64,000 bases of DNA, taken from the NCBI GenBank assembly GCA_965222225.1, contig CBDCTK010000002.1:4000001-4064000 (forward strand). Reading direction: 5' to 3'. The DNA is from Candidatus Poribacteria bacterium. Its GTDB lineage: Bacteria; Poribacteria; WGA-4E; JAJDTR01. Both the position numbers and the translations under genes were made by a program. This document shows, piece after piece, positions 40,124 to 48,863 of the stretch (within the stretch, counting starts at the first letter, position 1; each line of letters starts with the position of its first letter). Below the pieces are notes generated by a model, which saw nothing but the letters and a program-made list of their open reading frames with translations, was not told the origin of the DNA and did not search any database.

Positions 40124-41580
40124 GCGAAACCGATGTCGGTCTGTCTGAACTACCCGATGGGTGGGTGTGGACGACATTGGAGGAGATTTGCAAAATTATA
40201 TTGGGGCAATCGCCACCATCCTCGACTTATAATACTCAAGGAGAAGGACTTCCTTTTTACCAAGGCAAACTTGAATTTGGCGGGACCTACCCCACGCCAC
40301 GAAAATGGTGTACCGCTCCAAAGAAAATCGCCGAAACCGGGGATATACTAATCTCTGTTCGCGCTCCGGTTGGACCGACGAACATCTGTCCAGAAAAATC
40401 CTGCGTGGGTAGAGGGCTTGCGGCAATTAGGGGATTAGGTGGAATTGAACCCCTTTTTATTTTGTACTTGATGCGTACATTTGAGGATGAGATTGCGGGA
40501 AAGGGCACTGGAACAACCTTCGACGCGATAACGGGAAATCAACTCAAAACCTTTGTAATTCCCCTTCCCCCACTCCCCGAACAACACCGGATTGTCGCCA
40601 AGATTGAAGACCTCTTCACCAAACTTGACGCAGGCATTGACGCCCTCCACAAGGTACAAGCCCAACTGAAGCGGTATCGCCAATCCGTCCTGAAAGCCGC
40701 CTTTGAAGGAAAACTCACGGAAACGTGGCGAGCAGAGCATCAGGACGAGATTGAGTCTGCTTCTGTGCTTCTTGAGCGCATTCTCAAAGAGCGACGTGAG
40801 AAGTGGGAGGCAGAGCAGTTTGGGCAGATGAAGGCGCAGGGGGAAGTACCCAAAGATGACAAATGGAAGGCGAAGTATGAAGAACCTACTCCCCCCGATA
40901 CAAGTGAACTACCCAAGTTGCCAAAGGGGTGGTTGTGGGCAACGCTACCTCAAATTGGTGAATTGAATCGTGGGAAGTCAAAACATCGTCCCAGAAATGC
41001 ACCCGTTTTATACGGTGGTCCATATCCATTCGTGCAGACAGGAGACATTAGACATGCTACGGGTTTGATACGACACCATAACCTAACATATAGTGAGAAA
41101 GGGCTTAAGCAGAGTCGTTTATGGCCTGCCGGTACGCTTTGCATTACTATTGCTGCAAATATAGCTGATACCGCAATTCTTGGATTTGATGCGTGTTTTC
41201 CAGATAGCATGGTTGGCTTCTTGCCAGAACAAGGTCACTGTAAAATTCATTTTATTGAATTCTTTTTACGGACCGCTAAGGAAGATCTAGAGCGATATGC
41301 TCCTGCTACGGCTCAAAAGAACATCAATTTAGCAACTTTAAGAGACTTGGCAATTCCTTTTCCGCCGTTAGCTGAACAAAACGCACTCGCCGACGAGATA
41401 AACCGTCGCCTCTCCGTCGCCGATGAAGTGGAGAAGACCGTTGCGGCGGAGTTGAAACGCACCGAGCAGTTGCGTCAGTCGATTCTCAAAAAAGCCTTCT
41501 CCGGGGGATTGGTGCCGCAAGACCCAAGCGATGATCCTGCCAGCGTCTTGCTTGAAGGAATCAGGGCAGAGAAATCGTAG
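40120..41580 (+). CDS. hsdS: Type I R-M specificity subunit
   Basis: LPDGWVW/LPKGWLW and PLPPLPEQ/PFPPLAEQ conserved repeats flank two TRDs. Confidence 0.95.
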   Translation: MSETDVGLSELPDGWVWTTLEEICKIILGQSPPSSTYNTQGEGLPFYQGKLEFGGTYPTPRKWCTAPKKIAETGDILISVRAPVGPTNICPEKSCVGRGLAAIRGLGGIEPLFILYLMRTFEDEIAGKGTGTTFDAITGNQLKTFVIPLPPLPEQHRIVAKIEDLFTKLDAGIDALHKVQAQLKRYRQSVLKAAFEGKLTETWRAEHQDEIESASVLLERILKERREKWEAEQFGQMKAQGEVPKDDKWKAKYEEPTPPDTSELPKLPKGWLWATLPQIGELNRGKSKHRPRNAPVLYGGPYPFVQTGDIRHATGLIRHHNLTYSEKGLKQSRLWPAGTLCITIAANIADTAILGFDACFPDSMVGFLPEQGHCKIHFIEFFLRTAKEDLERYAPATAQKNINLATLRDLAIPFPPLAEQNALADEINRRLSVADEVEKTVAAELKRTEQLRQSILKKAFSGGLVPQDPSDDPASVLLEGIRAEKS

Positions 41581-41646
41581 TGCATTTAACAAAAATTTAG
41601 GTTAAAATTATCTACTGCAACCACCTTACATGGGAGGCAAGAAAAC

Positions 41647-41913
41647 ATGGAACAAACCCAGAAAGCGCGGGCTACCGCCCCCCTCCTTGCGCTAGCCGGG
41701 ACACTTGAGTGTGAAATCGCAGACATAGAAAACACGATGCCAGCGACGATTCGGAATACTAACACCAATCAATCCCTGGAAACGCAGGGGGCTGATCCAC
41801 TCCTTGCATTGGCAGGCACACTCGAATGTGAGGTGACAGACATAGGTGAACGCCACGACGACTATATCGGAGACGCACTGCTGGCAGAACTACAAGAAGA
41901 CAACGATGAATAA
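41647..41913 (+). CDS. Small acidic antitoxin-like protein with internal duplication
   Basis: SD GGAGG. PLLALAGTLECE occurs twice, followed by DIGERHDDYI. Confidence 0.6.
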   Translation: MEQTQKARATAPLLALAGTLECEIADIENTMPATIRNTNTNQSLETQGADPLLALAGTLECEVTDIGERHDDYIGDALLAELQEDNDE

Positions 41914-41985
41914 GGAATTTGGCGAAACGCCCCGATGGACGCGTTTAATGTAATCATTTCTCAATCCCGGAATAGGTGACCCGTT

Positions 41986-42450
41986 ATGCGAACACAGCAA
42001 AAGAAACCCAATTCCGATCAGTTACTCGTTAAAGAGGCAGCGGTTGAGAAGGAAATGCTTGACCTGCCTTCAGCCGCCACCTCAGATTTCTTCTCGCTGG
42101 AAGATGCCCTGCTAGAACTAGAGGAAACACGCCAAGAGGCTGAAGAAGCTTATGCGTCGGATGACCAAATTGACCCTGTACCCAACTCTGCGTATGATGA
42201 CGCGCGTGTTTTACTGAAGATACTTCAACGTAATGTCCCCATACCAGACATTGGCTGGGCAGAGGATGGCAGTCTTGGGTTTGAATGGCGGCCGGGTAAC
42301 GGCATCGCGACGATGGGCGTATCCGGTGACAATCTTGTCATTTACGGCGCCTTTTTTAGCAACAAGTGTGAATTCGGCGGAATTTGCTCGCTGTCAGACA
42401 CCGTTTTATTGGAGGGTTTTATTACAACATTGAGAAACCTCTTTCAATAA
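41986..42450 (+). CDS. Hypothetical protein (R-M cargo)
   Basis: 154-aa acidic ORF with SD AGGTGA. Contains PDIGWAEDGSLGFEW. Confidence 0.7.
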   Translation: MRTQQKKPNSDQLLVKEAAVEKEMLDLPSAATSDFFSLEDALLELEETRQEAEEAYASDDQIDPVPNSAYDDARVLLKILQRNVPIPDIGWAEDGSLGFEWRPGNGIATMGVSGDNLVIYGAFFSNKCEFGGICSLSDTVLLEGFITTLRNLFQ

Positions 42451-42503
42451 AACGCTTAATATCAATGATTTAGACTGTTAGGCCTTATGCAGCCACATAG
42501 AGG

Positions 42504-42527
42504 TCGCGATTCGGAGATCGCTCCTAC
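42504..42527 (-). repeat. GTAG-family REP palindrome GTAGGAGCGATCTCCGAATCGCGA
   Basis: Identical copies at 11639-11662, 28438-28461, 60554-60577 and 63401-63424. Confidence 0.85.
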
Positions 42528-42548
42528 AAAGGGAGATTCATCTAGATA

Positions 42549-43993
42549 ATGCCAAACGATTCATCAGCCATCGTACAAAAACTGTGGAATTACTGTAACG
42601 TCCTCCGCGATGACGGCATCAGCTACGGCGATTATGTGGAGCAGTTGACCTATCTGCTGTTCCTGAAAATGGCGGACGAGCAGACCAAACCGCCGTTCAG
42701 CAAGGAGTCCGTCGTCCCCGCGGGGCTAGACTGGGAGAGCCTGGTTGAGAAGGACGGCGACGCCCTCGAAACCCACTACCGCCACATCCTTGACGAATTG
42801 GGCAGGCAGAGCGGCACGCTGGGCGTCATCTTCAGAAAATCCCAAAACAAGATTCAAGACCCCGCCAAACTCAAGCGGATCATTCAACTCATCAACAATG
42901 AGACGTGGAGCGGCTTGGATGCCGATGTGAAGGGAGACATCTACGAGGGCTTGCTGCAGAAGAACGCCGAGGACACCAAAAGCGGCGCGGGTCAATACTT
43001 CACCCCCCGCCCGCTGATTCAAGCCATTGTGGAAGTGATGAGACCGGAACCGATGCAAACCATCTGCGATCCGGCGTGCGGCACCGGCGGTTTCTTTCTG
43101 GCAGCGCATGACTATCTGTCCGCCCGAAGCGATCAGCTCGACAGGTACAGAAACAATTTCTCCGATACGATACGTTTCACGGCACGGACATCGTGGACAG
43201 CGTGGTCAGGCTGTGCGTGATGAACCTGCACCTTCACGGCGTCGGCGGCGATGAGAGTCCCGTGAAGACGGGGGATAGCCTAATCTCGAATACGGGTGAG
43301 CGTTTTGACATGGTGTTGACGAATCCGCCGTTTGGGAAGAAGAGCAGCATCACGATTGTGGATGAGAAGGGAGCGGCTGGAAAGAACTCGCTCATCTACG
43401 AGCGGGAGGATTTTTGGGCGACCACGTCCAACAAGCAACTGAACTTCCTTCAGCACGTCAAGACAATTCTGGAAATCAACGGCAAAGCGGCGATTGTCGT
43501 GCCGGATAACGTCCTGTTTGAAGGCGGCGCCGGTGAGACGGTTCGCAGGAAATTGATGCACGAATGCGATCTTCATACGCTGCTCCGACTCCCGACGGGT
43601 ATCTTCTACGCGCAAGGCGTCAAGGCAAATGTGCTGTTCTTCGATCGCAAGCCCGCCAGCGAAACCCCGTGGACGGAAAAGCTATGGATATACGACCTCC
43701 GAACCAATAAGCGGTTCACGCTGAAAACAAAGCAGATGCGTTACGACGCCCTTCACGATTTCATCGCCTGTTACAATCCCGATAACCGCCATGATCGGCA
43801 AGAGAGCGAGCGATTTAAGTCGTTCTCGTACGATGAATTGATGCAGCGGGATAAGGTGAGTCTGGACATCTTCTGGCTGCGGGACGAAAGTCTTGAGGAT
43901 ACCGAGAATCTACCGGAACCCGATGAATTGGCGGGAGAGATTGCCGCGAATCTGGCGGCGGCGTTGGAGCAGTTTCAGGACATTTATGAGTAG
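42549..43993 (+). CDS. hsdM: Type I R-M methyltransferase subunit, split by a 1-bp frameshift near 43146
   Basis: GQYFTPR and DPACGTGGF in the first ORF, NPPF in the second. Adding one base at 'agg ta cag' restores LDRxQKQFLRYDTFHGTDIVD. Confidence 0.92.
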
Positions 43994-44015
43994 ACAGGGA
44001 TATTGCGCGAAGAAA

Positions 44016-44040
44016 GGCTGGTGCGCAGTGCGCACCCTAC
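44016..44040 (-). repeat. GTAG-family REP palindrome GTAGGGTGCGCACTGCGCACCAGCC
   Basis: Copy at 26989-27013. Variants near 4459, 7513, 11377 and 18896. Confidence 0.8.
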
Positions 44041-44065
44041 AAGACCTTAACCATATCGCGGCACA

Positions 44066-44590
44066 TCAAAACCGTTGGACGAGCCATAGGACGACGACGC
44101 ACAAGATAACGAGCATCGGCAAATTGAGCAGGACGGCGAGGTACATTCTCCGACGCTTATGAGGACTTACCTTTTCTCCAGAGAACAGCAGTCGTCCAAG
44201 CAGCCAGAGCGAGTAAAAATAAAGAGGGAAAAAAGGAAAGATAATCAATCCGAGTAAGGCGGCACGCAACGCTCGATCCACGGCGTTGTCACCCGCAGAT
44301 GAAGGAAGTTCATTCTCGGATTCTTCAGTTTCCGGGAGGTCCGCAAGCCCTTCCTCCGCGTCTATGGACGAATCCTCTCGCGCCGCAAGAATGCCGGTGG
44401 CACGCTCGACATCGGTTTCGGGTACTTGCAATTTAATGCCGCCGACGGCGTTGCTCAGATGCCATGCCACTCCCACGGTCAATTCGTCGGCGAGAAAAGC
44501 TGTTAGCCCATTGGCTTCGAGCAACCCCTTGGCAAGGTGCGCCTCCGTAGGCATGTCAAAGGTATCTACGGTCACCAATTTTCCCTCCAT
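44066..44590 (-). CDS. DUF2007-like domain membrane protein
   Basis: EAHLAKGLLEANGL.AF...GGIKLQVP..DVERA followed by C-terminal TM helices. Confidence 0.8.
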   Translation of the reverse strand: MEGKLVTVDTFDMPTEAHLAKGLLEANGLTAFLADELTVGVAWHLSNAVGGIKLQVPETDVERATGILAAREDSSIDAEEGLADLPETEESENELPSSAGDNAVDRALRAALLGLIIFPFFPLYFYSLWLLGRLLFSGEKVSPHKRRRMYLAVLLNLPMLVILCVVVLWLVQRF

Positions 44591-44657
44591 AGCGTCCCTC
44601 CTTTCGACGTAATGTCTGAGTCCTCAATGCGTATGCATAACGCCCTTTTTTCACGCA

Positions 44658-45398
44658 TTACGCATTATGCTTTTTGATTTCAACCAGCCATGCGATGTGA
44701 TTCAGGTCGTGGCAGATTACATCTCGCTGGGCAATCCCGCACGCTTCTAGGTTGGAGGCGAGGCTCTCCCTCGCCCACCTCGCCGACCAGAAATGTTCCG
44801 CGGTAGCCACAAATCGTGAGCCGCGCGGCGTCACTACGTGCTGGTCGGTGTGTTCATAGAACTCAATCTGTGCGGCTTCAGCCTCGGGAACATCCTTGTA
44901 GATTGTTAAAAACATCAACCCGCCCGACTTCAGCGCTTGATAGAACCGCGAGAATATCGCGATAAAACTCGGATTCCGATCGAGATAAGCGTCTGTATAA
45001 AGGCTCAAATCTGCTGACGCTTGGCGAAAATTCCCCGGCGTAAAGTACAAGCAGAAGACCAAATCGTAGAAATTGCGCTGTGGCGTCACTTCAGTCGCAT
45101 CGCCCAGAAACAACGCCGTGTTGGTTAGTCCCTCCTCCTGCCATCTCTTCCGTGCGATTTCGCCGATGTGAGCCGAGATTTCAAAGCCGTGATACAGCTC
45201 GCAAGCCGGGGCAAAGATTGAACCGTGATACCCGGTGCCGCAACCGACGTCGGCAATGGCGTAGCGGCGACCTTGGAACCTCTCAATCAGGATTTCATCC
45301 TGTCGGTCGCGTGCCTCCTGTATCGCTTTGGGGCAGTAGGATGATTCCAAGGATTTGAGTACGGCTCTACTTTCGGATTCACGTAAACTGTTGGACAT
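44658..45398 (-). CDS. Class I SAM-dependent methyltransferase
   Basis: ADVGCGTG, GDA, YDLV and LKSGG motifs. Confidence 0.88.
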   Translation of the reverse strand: MSNSLRESESRAVLKSLESSYCPKAIQEARDRQDEILIERFQGRRYAIADVGCGTGYHGSIFAPACELYHGFEISAHIGEIARKRWQEEGLTNTALFLGDATEVTPQRNFYDLVFCLYFTPGNFRQASADLSLYTDAYLDRNPSFIAIFSRFYQALKSGGLMFLTIYKDVPEAEAAQIEFYEHTDQHVVTPRGSRFVATAEHFWSARWARESLASNLEACGIAQRDVICHDLNHIAWLVEIKKHNA

Positions 45399-45528
45399 GC
45401 TACATTTCCTGTAAATGAAGTGTTGGGTTCACTAGAATTTCATTTTTTCGGGCGAAATGAAACTTTGAAAGCCTTCTTTTGTGTGTGATTCCTGATGGAT
45501 TTCCGTTCAACCCAACCTACGCACCGCA

Positions 45529-46299
45529 TTACAAACGAACATCCGCTTCGAGAAACTGCCAGAAAAAAATCTTCCAACCCGATTCCTCTTTCCGAAAGTA
45601 CATTTCACATCTGCTGACAATCTCTCTCCGAACCGAGCGCGCTCCCTTTTCCGTAATGATGACCACACCCAATATCGCGGAGGCTTGATGCGGATGGGGA
45701 ACGTCCATCTCAATATCGCGGAATCGAAATTGGACGAGACTGAATTCCTCGAATAGCGCTGTAAAAACCGGAGTCACGGCGTTGCGATTAGCCGGAATGA
45801 CACCGGTGTTCAGTCCAAAAAATCGAGTGACCAAATCGTCTGATGCGAGGTAACCCGCCGTAAACAACTCCTCAAGCTTATTGATGTCCACCGTGTCAAT
45901 CAATTCCGAAAATCTATCCAGCAAGCCCCGAATCTCTTGCGCCGGATTCGTCAGCGGCGCCAAAGATATGTCCACTACCAAACTCTCTGTTTTTAGAGCG
46001 ACAGTCTGCATTTCATCCGCATAATCAAGCGCCTCGACCGTGATGGTAATCGCGTCCGAAAAATCGACTTGGGCACAGCTGTATTTCCCTTCCGCATCCG
46101 ATTCCCACTGCCGCCCGGATATCGTAACAACCGCGCCGCACACCGGGCGCCCGGTTCTGGCGTTGGTAATTGTGCCGGACACCGTCCCGACCGCTTCAAC
46201 CGGTCCCACGGGCGTAACGGCCGAATCCTCGCCGCATCCCATGAAGAGAACCGTCAGGCAGATTGTAAGGAAAAATCGTATACAGATTATGGATTTCAT
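45529..46299 (-). CDS. Lipoprotein with carboxypeptidase-regulatory-like domain and NTF2-like C-terminus
   Basis: Lipobox FMGC, then GTVSGTITNARTGRPVCGAVVTI...SDAEGKY. Confidence 0.75.
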   Translation of the reverse strand: MKSIICIRFFLTICLTVLFMGCGEDSAVTPVGPVEAVGTVSGTITNARTGRPVCGAVVTISGRQWESDAEGKYSCAQVDFSDAITITVEALDYADEMQTVALKTESLVVDISLAPLTNPAQEIRGLLDRFSELIDTVDINKLEELFTAGYLASDDLVTRFFGLNTGVIPANRNAVTPVFTALFEEFSLVQFRFRDIEMDVPHPHQASAILGVVIITEKGARSVRREIVSRCEMYFRKEESGWKIFFWQFLEADVRL

Positions 46300-46492
46300 C
46301 TACTGTCGGAAAACGGAATTCCCTTCTGAACTAATGATAGGACAACCACATGAAGTTGTCCCTACACGGATAGGGTCAACGATCGTTGACCCTTACAAAA
46401 TAGAAAAAAACTTGCATTTCACCAAGGCGTTATGATATTCTAAGCGCGCAATTCGGATAGTAGTGTGGAATGCACGAAAGGAGGTGGACGAT

Positions 46493-46720
46493 ATGGCTCG
46501 TGTCTGTCATGTGTGCGGCAAAAAACCGATGGCTGGCAACCAAATAAGTAAGTCTCGCAATCATACGAAGCGGAGATGGCTTCCCAATTTGCAGCGTGTG
46601 CGCATTGAAATCCGGTTCGGCGAAAACCACGTAGGTCACAAGCGTGTGCGTGTGTGTGTGAAGTGTATTCGATCCGGAAGAATCGTCAAAGTTGTGTCAG
46701 GCGCACCGCAAGCGGCGTGA
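46493..46720 (+). CDS. rpmB: 50S ribosomal protein L28 (zinc-binding CxxC form)
   Basis: [10 protein letters not shown]...GN...[10 protein letters not shown]...[18 protein letters not shown]. Confidence 0.97.
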   Translation: MARVCHVCGKKPMAGNQISKSRNHTKRRWLPNLQRVRIEIRFGENHVGHKRVRVCVKCIRSGRIVKVVSGAPQAA

Positions 46721-46733
46721 CAATTCCCGGTTG

Positions 46734-48863
46734 TTACGCTTCGCGTTTTACGCGCCTCACCCCATCCAAGAGCAGGATTTTTCCCATCACCTCTTCAAGT
46801 TGTTCGACACCGGTTACCTCTAGGGTCAACAGATTGGAAACCCTGCCGTCTACCCCCCTCCTGCCGGCGCCAAAACTCCCCGCTTGTATATTAACCCCGC
46901 ATTGAGCGACCGCAATCCCGATCTCCCCGATCTTACCGGGTGCATCCTCGCACTCGACGGAGATGCGCGCCATATAGGTGACCCGATCGGCGGATTTCCA
47001 TTCAACTTGGACAGTCCGTTCCGGTTCATTGGCTAAACGCAAACAATCTTCCTTGTGGATAGAGATTCCCCGCCCTCGCGTAATATACCCGATAATTCTA
47101 TCGCCGGGAATGGGCGTACAGCATTTCATAATGCGAACCATCGCCGCATCAATCCCATCTTCAAGTTGAACGGCGGGCATCAGCTCCGTGGTCGCTTCGT
47201 AGCCCCCATCCGCCGGTTTGTCCGCATCCGGCTTTAGCAGACTTGCAACCTTGGTGGCGAATTGTTTGCCGTTACCAATCTGCATTAACAGGTTGTCCGT
47301 GGTGCCTGCCCCCAGTTTCGTGGCAACTTCGAGAAGACTTGAGGATTGGAGATATACCTTCGGATTAAGACCGTGCCGACAGATTTCGTTCTCCAGTAAG
47401 CGCTGCCCGACTTCCAGCGCGAGCTTCCTGTCCTGCTCATTGAACCACTGCCGGATTTTGCTGCGCGCGCGCGCGGTTTTTGTCCATTGCAGCCAGTTGC
47501 GATTCGGATGCCCGTTGGGATTGGTAAAGATTTTCACGCGGTCGCCGTTTTGGAGGCGATACCGGAGCGACAACAGAGCGCCATTAACCTCCGCGCTGGA
47601 ACATTTGTGCCCGATATCGGTATGGATTTTGTACGCGAAGTCAATTGGCGTTGCGCCGGCGGGTAGCGCGAACAGGTCGCCTTTGGGCGAAAAGACATAG
47701 ACCTCGTCAGGGAACAATTCGCGTTTCATCGACTGGATAAATTGGTGGGGCAAATCTTTGGATTCCTGAATATCCTCCAGCATCTGCTTATACCCCGCAA
47801 AAATGGACTGTCCCTCCTCCGTTAAGGGTATTCCCTCCTTATAGCTCCAATGCGCGGCGATTCCGTCTTCCGCCACCTTGTGCATCTCATGCGTGCGAAT
47901 CTGGATTTCTACGGAGCGCCCGCCGTCCAAAATCGTTGTGTGCAAGGAGCGGTAACCGTTAATCTTCGCCGTTGGTCCAATCCAATCCCTGAGCCGCTGG
48001 GGAAGATGATGCCACTTCGTATGCAGAATGCCCAGAGCGGCGTAACACTCCGGAATGGAACTGACCAACAAGCGTAGCCCAATCAAATCTCGAATTTCTT
48101 CAAAGGGCGTTCCCTTCTGGTGGATTTTTTGGTAGATGCTGTAGATGTGCTTGGTGCGCCCGTGGACACTCGCCTTGATGCCGAATCGATTGAGTTCTTT
48201 CTCAATAGTTGCTACCATCTTGTCCACATACGCTTCTCGTTCGGTGAGTTTCTCGGCGAGCAATCCGGCAATGTCTCTGTACTCGGCAGGATAGAGGTGC
48301 TTAAACGCCAAATCTTCGAGCCTGCTCATAATCCGCCAAATGCCCAGACGATGAGCAATCGGGGCATAGACCTCAAGGGTTTCTTTGGAGATCGCCTGCT
48401 GCCTGAGCAAGGACAAAAATGACAGCGTTTCCATGTTGTGTAAGCGGTCGGCCAATTTTATTAGAATAACTCGGATGTCCTCCGCCGTAGCCAAAAGCAG
48501 TTTCAAATAGTTCTCCGCCTGCCGTTGCTGCGCCCCGCCCCTGAATTTGTATCTTCCAATCTTGCTGACTCCCTGCACCAACTGCGCGATGGTTTCACCA
48601 AACAGGTTTGCGAGTTCATCGCGTGTCACCGAGGTGTCTTCAATAACATCGTGTAGAAGACCGGCACTAACCGTGCGAACATCCAATTTGAGTTCGGTCA
48701 GGACGTTCGCCGTGGCGATGCAGTGGGTAAAGTACGGTTCCCCCGACTGGCGCCACTGCCCTCTGTGCGCTTTTTCGGCGAATTCATAGCTTTGACGCAG
48801 AAAGTCAAAATCGGCGTCGGAATTGTAGCCCCCGATGCGATTAATTAGAGTTTCGACACTCAT
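46734..48863 (-). CDS. relA: Long bifunctional (p)ppGpp synthetase/hydrolase (RSH)
   Basis: SGEPY, LLHDVIED, KLADRLHN, NGYRSLHT and EIQIRT, followed by TGS and ACT domains. Confidence 0.95.
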   Translation of the reverse strand: MSVETLINRIGGYNSDADFDFLRQSYEFAEKAHRGQWRQSGEPYFTHCIATANVLTELKLDVRTVSAGLLHDVIEDTSVTRDELANLFGETIAQLVQGVSKIGRYKFRGGAQQRQAENYLKLLLATAEDIRVILIKLADRLHNMETLSFLSLLRQQAISKETLEVYAPIAHRLGIWRIMSRLEDLAFKHLYPAEYRDIAGLLAEKLTEREAYVDKMVATIEKELNRFGIKASVHGRTKHIYSIYQKIHQKGTPFEEIRDLIGLRLLVSSIPECYAALGILHTKWHHLPQRLRDWIGPTAKINGYRSLHTTILDGGRSVEIQIRTHEMHKVAEDGIAAHWSYKEGIPLTEEGQSIFAGYKQMLEDIQESKDLPHQFIQSMKRELFPDEVYVFSPKGDLFALPAGATPIDFAYKIHTDIGHKCSSAEVNGALLSLRYRLQNGDRVKIFTNPNGHPNRNWLQWTKTARARSKIRQWFNEQDRKLALEVGQRLLENEICRHGLNPKVYLQSSSLLEVATKLGAGTTDNLLMQIGNGKQFATKVASLLKPDADKPADGGYEATTELMPAVQLEDGIDAAMVRIMKCCTPIPGDRIIGYITRGRGISIHKEDCLRLANEPERTVQVEWKSADRVTYMARISVECEDAPGKIGEIGIAVAQCGVNIQAGSFGAGRRGVDGRVSNLLTLEVTGVEQLEEVMGKILLLDGVRRVKREA

